The notes under the pieces were generated by a model, which saw only the letters and a program-made list of their open reading frames with translations, searched no databases and was not told where the DNA came from. Positions 23,851 to 24,000 of a stretch of 24,000 nt of DNA are shown here, one piece after another. The stretch covers positions 614,185-638,184 of the forward strand of contig NZ_CP064923.1 of the NCBI RefSeq assembly GCF_018336915.1. The letters run 5' to 3'. The position numbers were made by a program, and so were the translations under genes. Numbering within the stretch: position 1 is the stretch's first letter; every line of letters begins with the position of its first letter. The stretch comes from Acaryochloris marina S15. GTDB lineage: Bacteria > Cyanobacteriota > Cyanobacteriia > Thermosynechococcales > Thermosynechococcaceae.

Positions 23851-24000
23851 ATGACCCATGCCCAGCGACTCATTCCCGGTACTCTGCAAGCACAACTGAT
23901 TCATCGAACCCAACAGGCGAAGCATTGTGGTGCTTTGCACTCGATTGCCACACATTATGAGCCATTGACCGATGGAGAACTGGAGTTTATGGTGCGGATT
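23851..24000 (+). CDS. Ap4A phosphorylase II / ATP adenylyltransferase-like protein, first 50 codons (runs off the window end)
   Basis: My translation: MTHAQRLIPGTLQAQLIHRTQQAKHCGALHSIATHYEPLTDGELEFMVRI. The PGTL...T..A...GAL..I.T......G..F.VR pattern matches cyanobacterial ATP adenylyltransferase N-termini as I recall them. Confidence 0.55.
   Translation, partial: MTHAQRLIPGTLQAQLIHRTQQAKHCGALHSIATHYEPLTDGELEFMVRI

Noticed and set aside
1-24000. Search for CRISPR arrays, IS/transposase genes, integrases, tRNA/rRNA genes and long direct repeats
   Set aside because: I found no regularly spaced repeats, no T-loop-like GGTTCGAATCC-type motif in the intergenic regions, no DDE, tyrosine or serine recombinase motifs in any ORF, and no terminal inverted repeats flanking a gene block.

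Overview
This window reads as ordinary cyanobacterial chromosome. The diagnostics are cytochrome c550 (PsbV), a PsbV2-like paralogue, cytochrome c6, the carboxysome shell protein CcmP, a ferredoxin-type sulfite reductase, and 10 copies of the HIP1 octamer GCGATCGC. I call 24 likely protein-coding genes (two are open at the window edges), two low-confidence small ORFs, one decayed pseudogene, and a few hairpins and palindromes. Left third (1-9.5 kb): one minus-strand string holds a CheY-like regulator, a CHASE histidine kinase, a CBS/PAS histidine kinase and a partial Lhr-like DExH helicase. A 943-bp strongly AT-rich spacer separates this string from a divergent REC-GGDEF-EAL gene. Middle: a J-domain protein, a pentapeptide-repeat protein 5 nt downstream of ccmP, an HI0933-type flavoprotein, sir, a 1.1-kb poorly coding gap, and accD. 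Right third: psbV-psbV2-petJ, a ChaN-like protein, an ABM-monooxygenase pseudogene, an SDR, an exported tandem Tudor-like protein, an overlapping clpS / small ORF / trm1 operon, and the start of an Ap4A-phosphorylase-like gene. I recognised no rRNA, tRNA, CRISPR array, transposase, integrase or phage gene. I do not see a convincing self-contained novel system such as a defence island. The items most worth follow-up are the exported tandem Tudor-like protein, the two-kinase/helicase/c-di-GMP cluster with its AT-rich control region, the ccmP-pentapeptide coupling, and the palindrome and small ORFs in the sir-accD gap. All calls come from by-eye translation and motif recognition. No database search was run, and family consensus sequences are quoted from memory.
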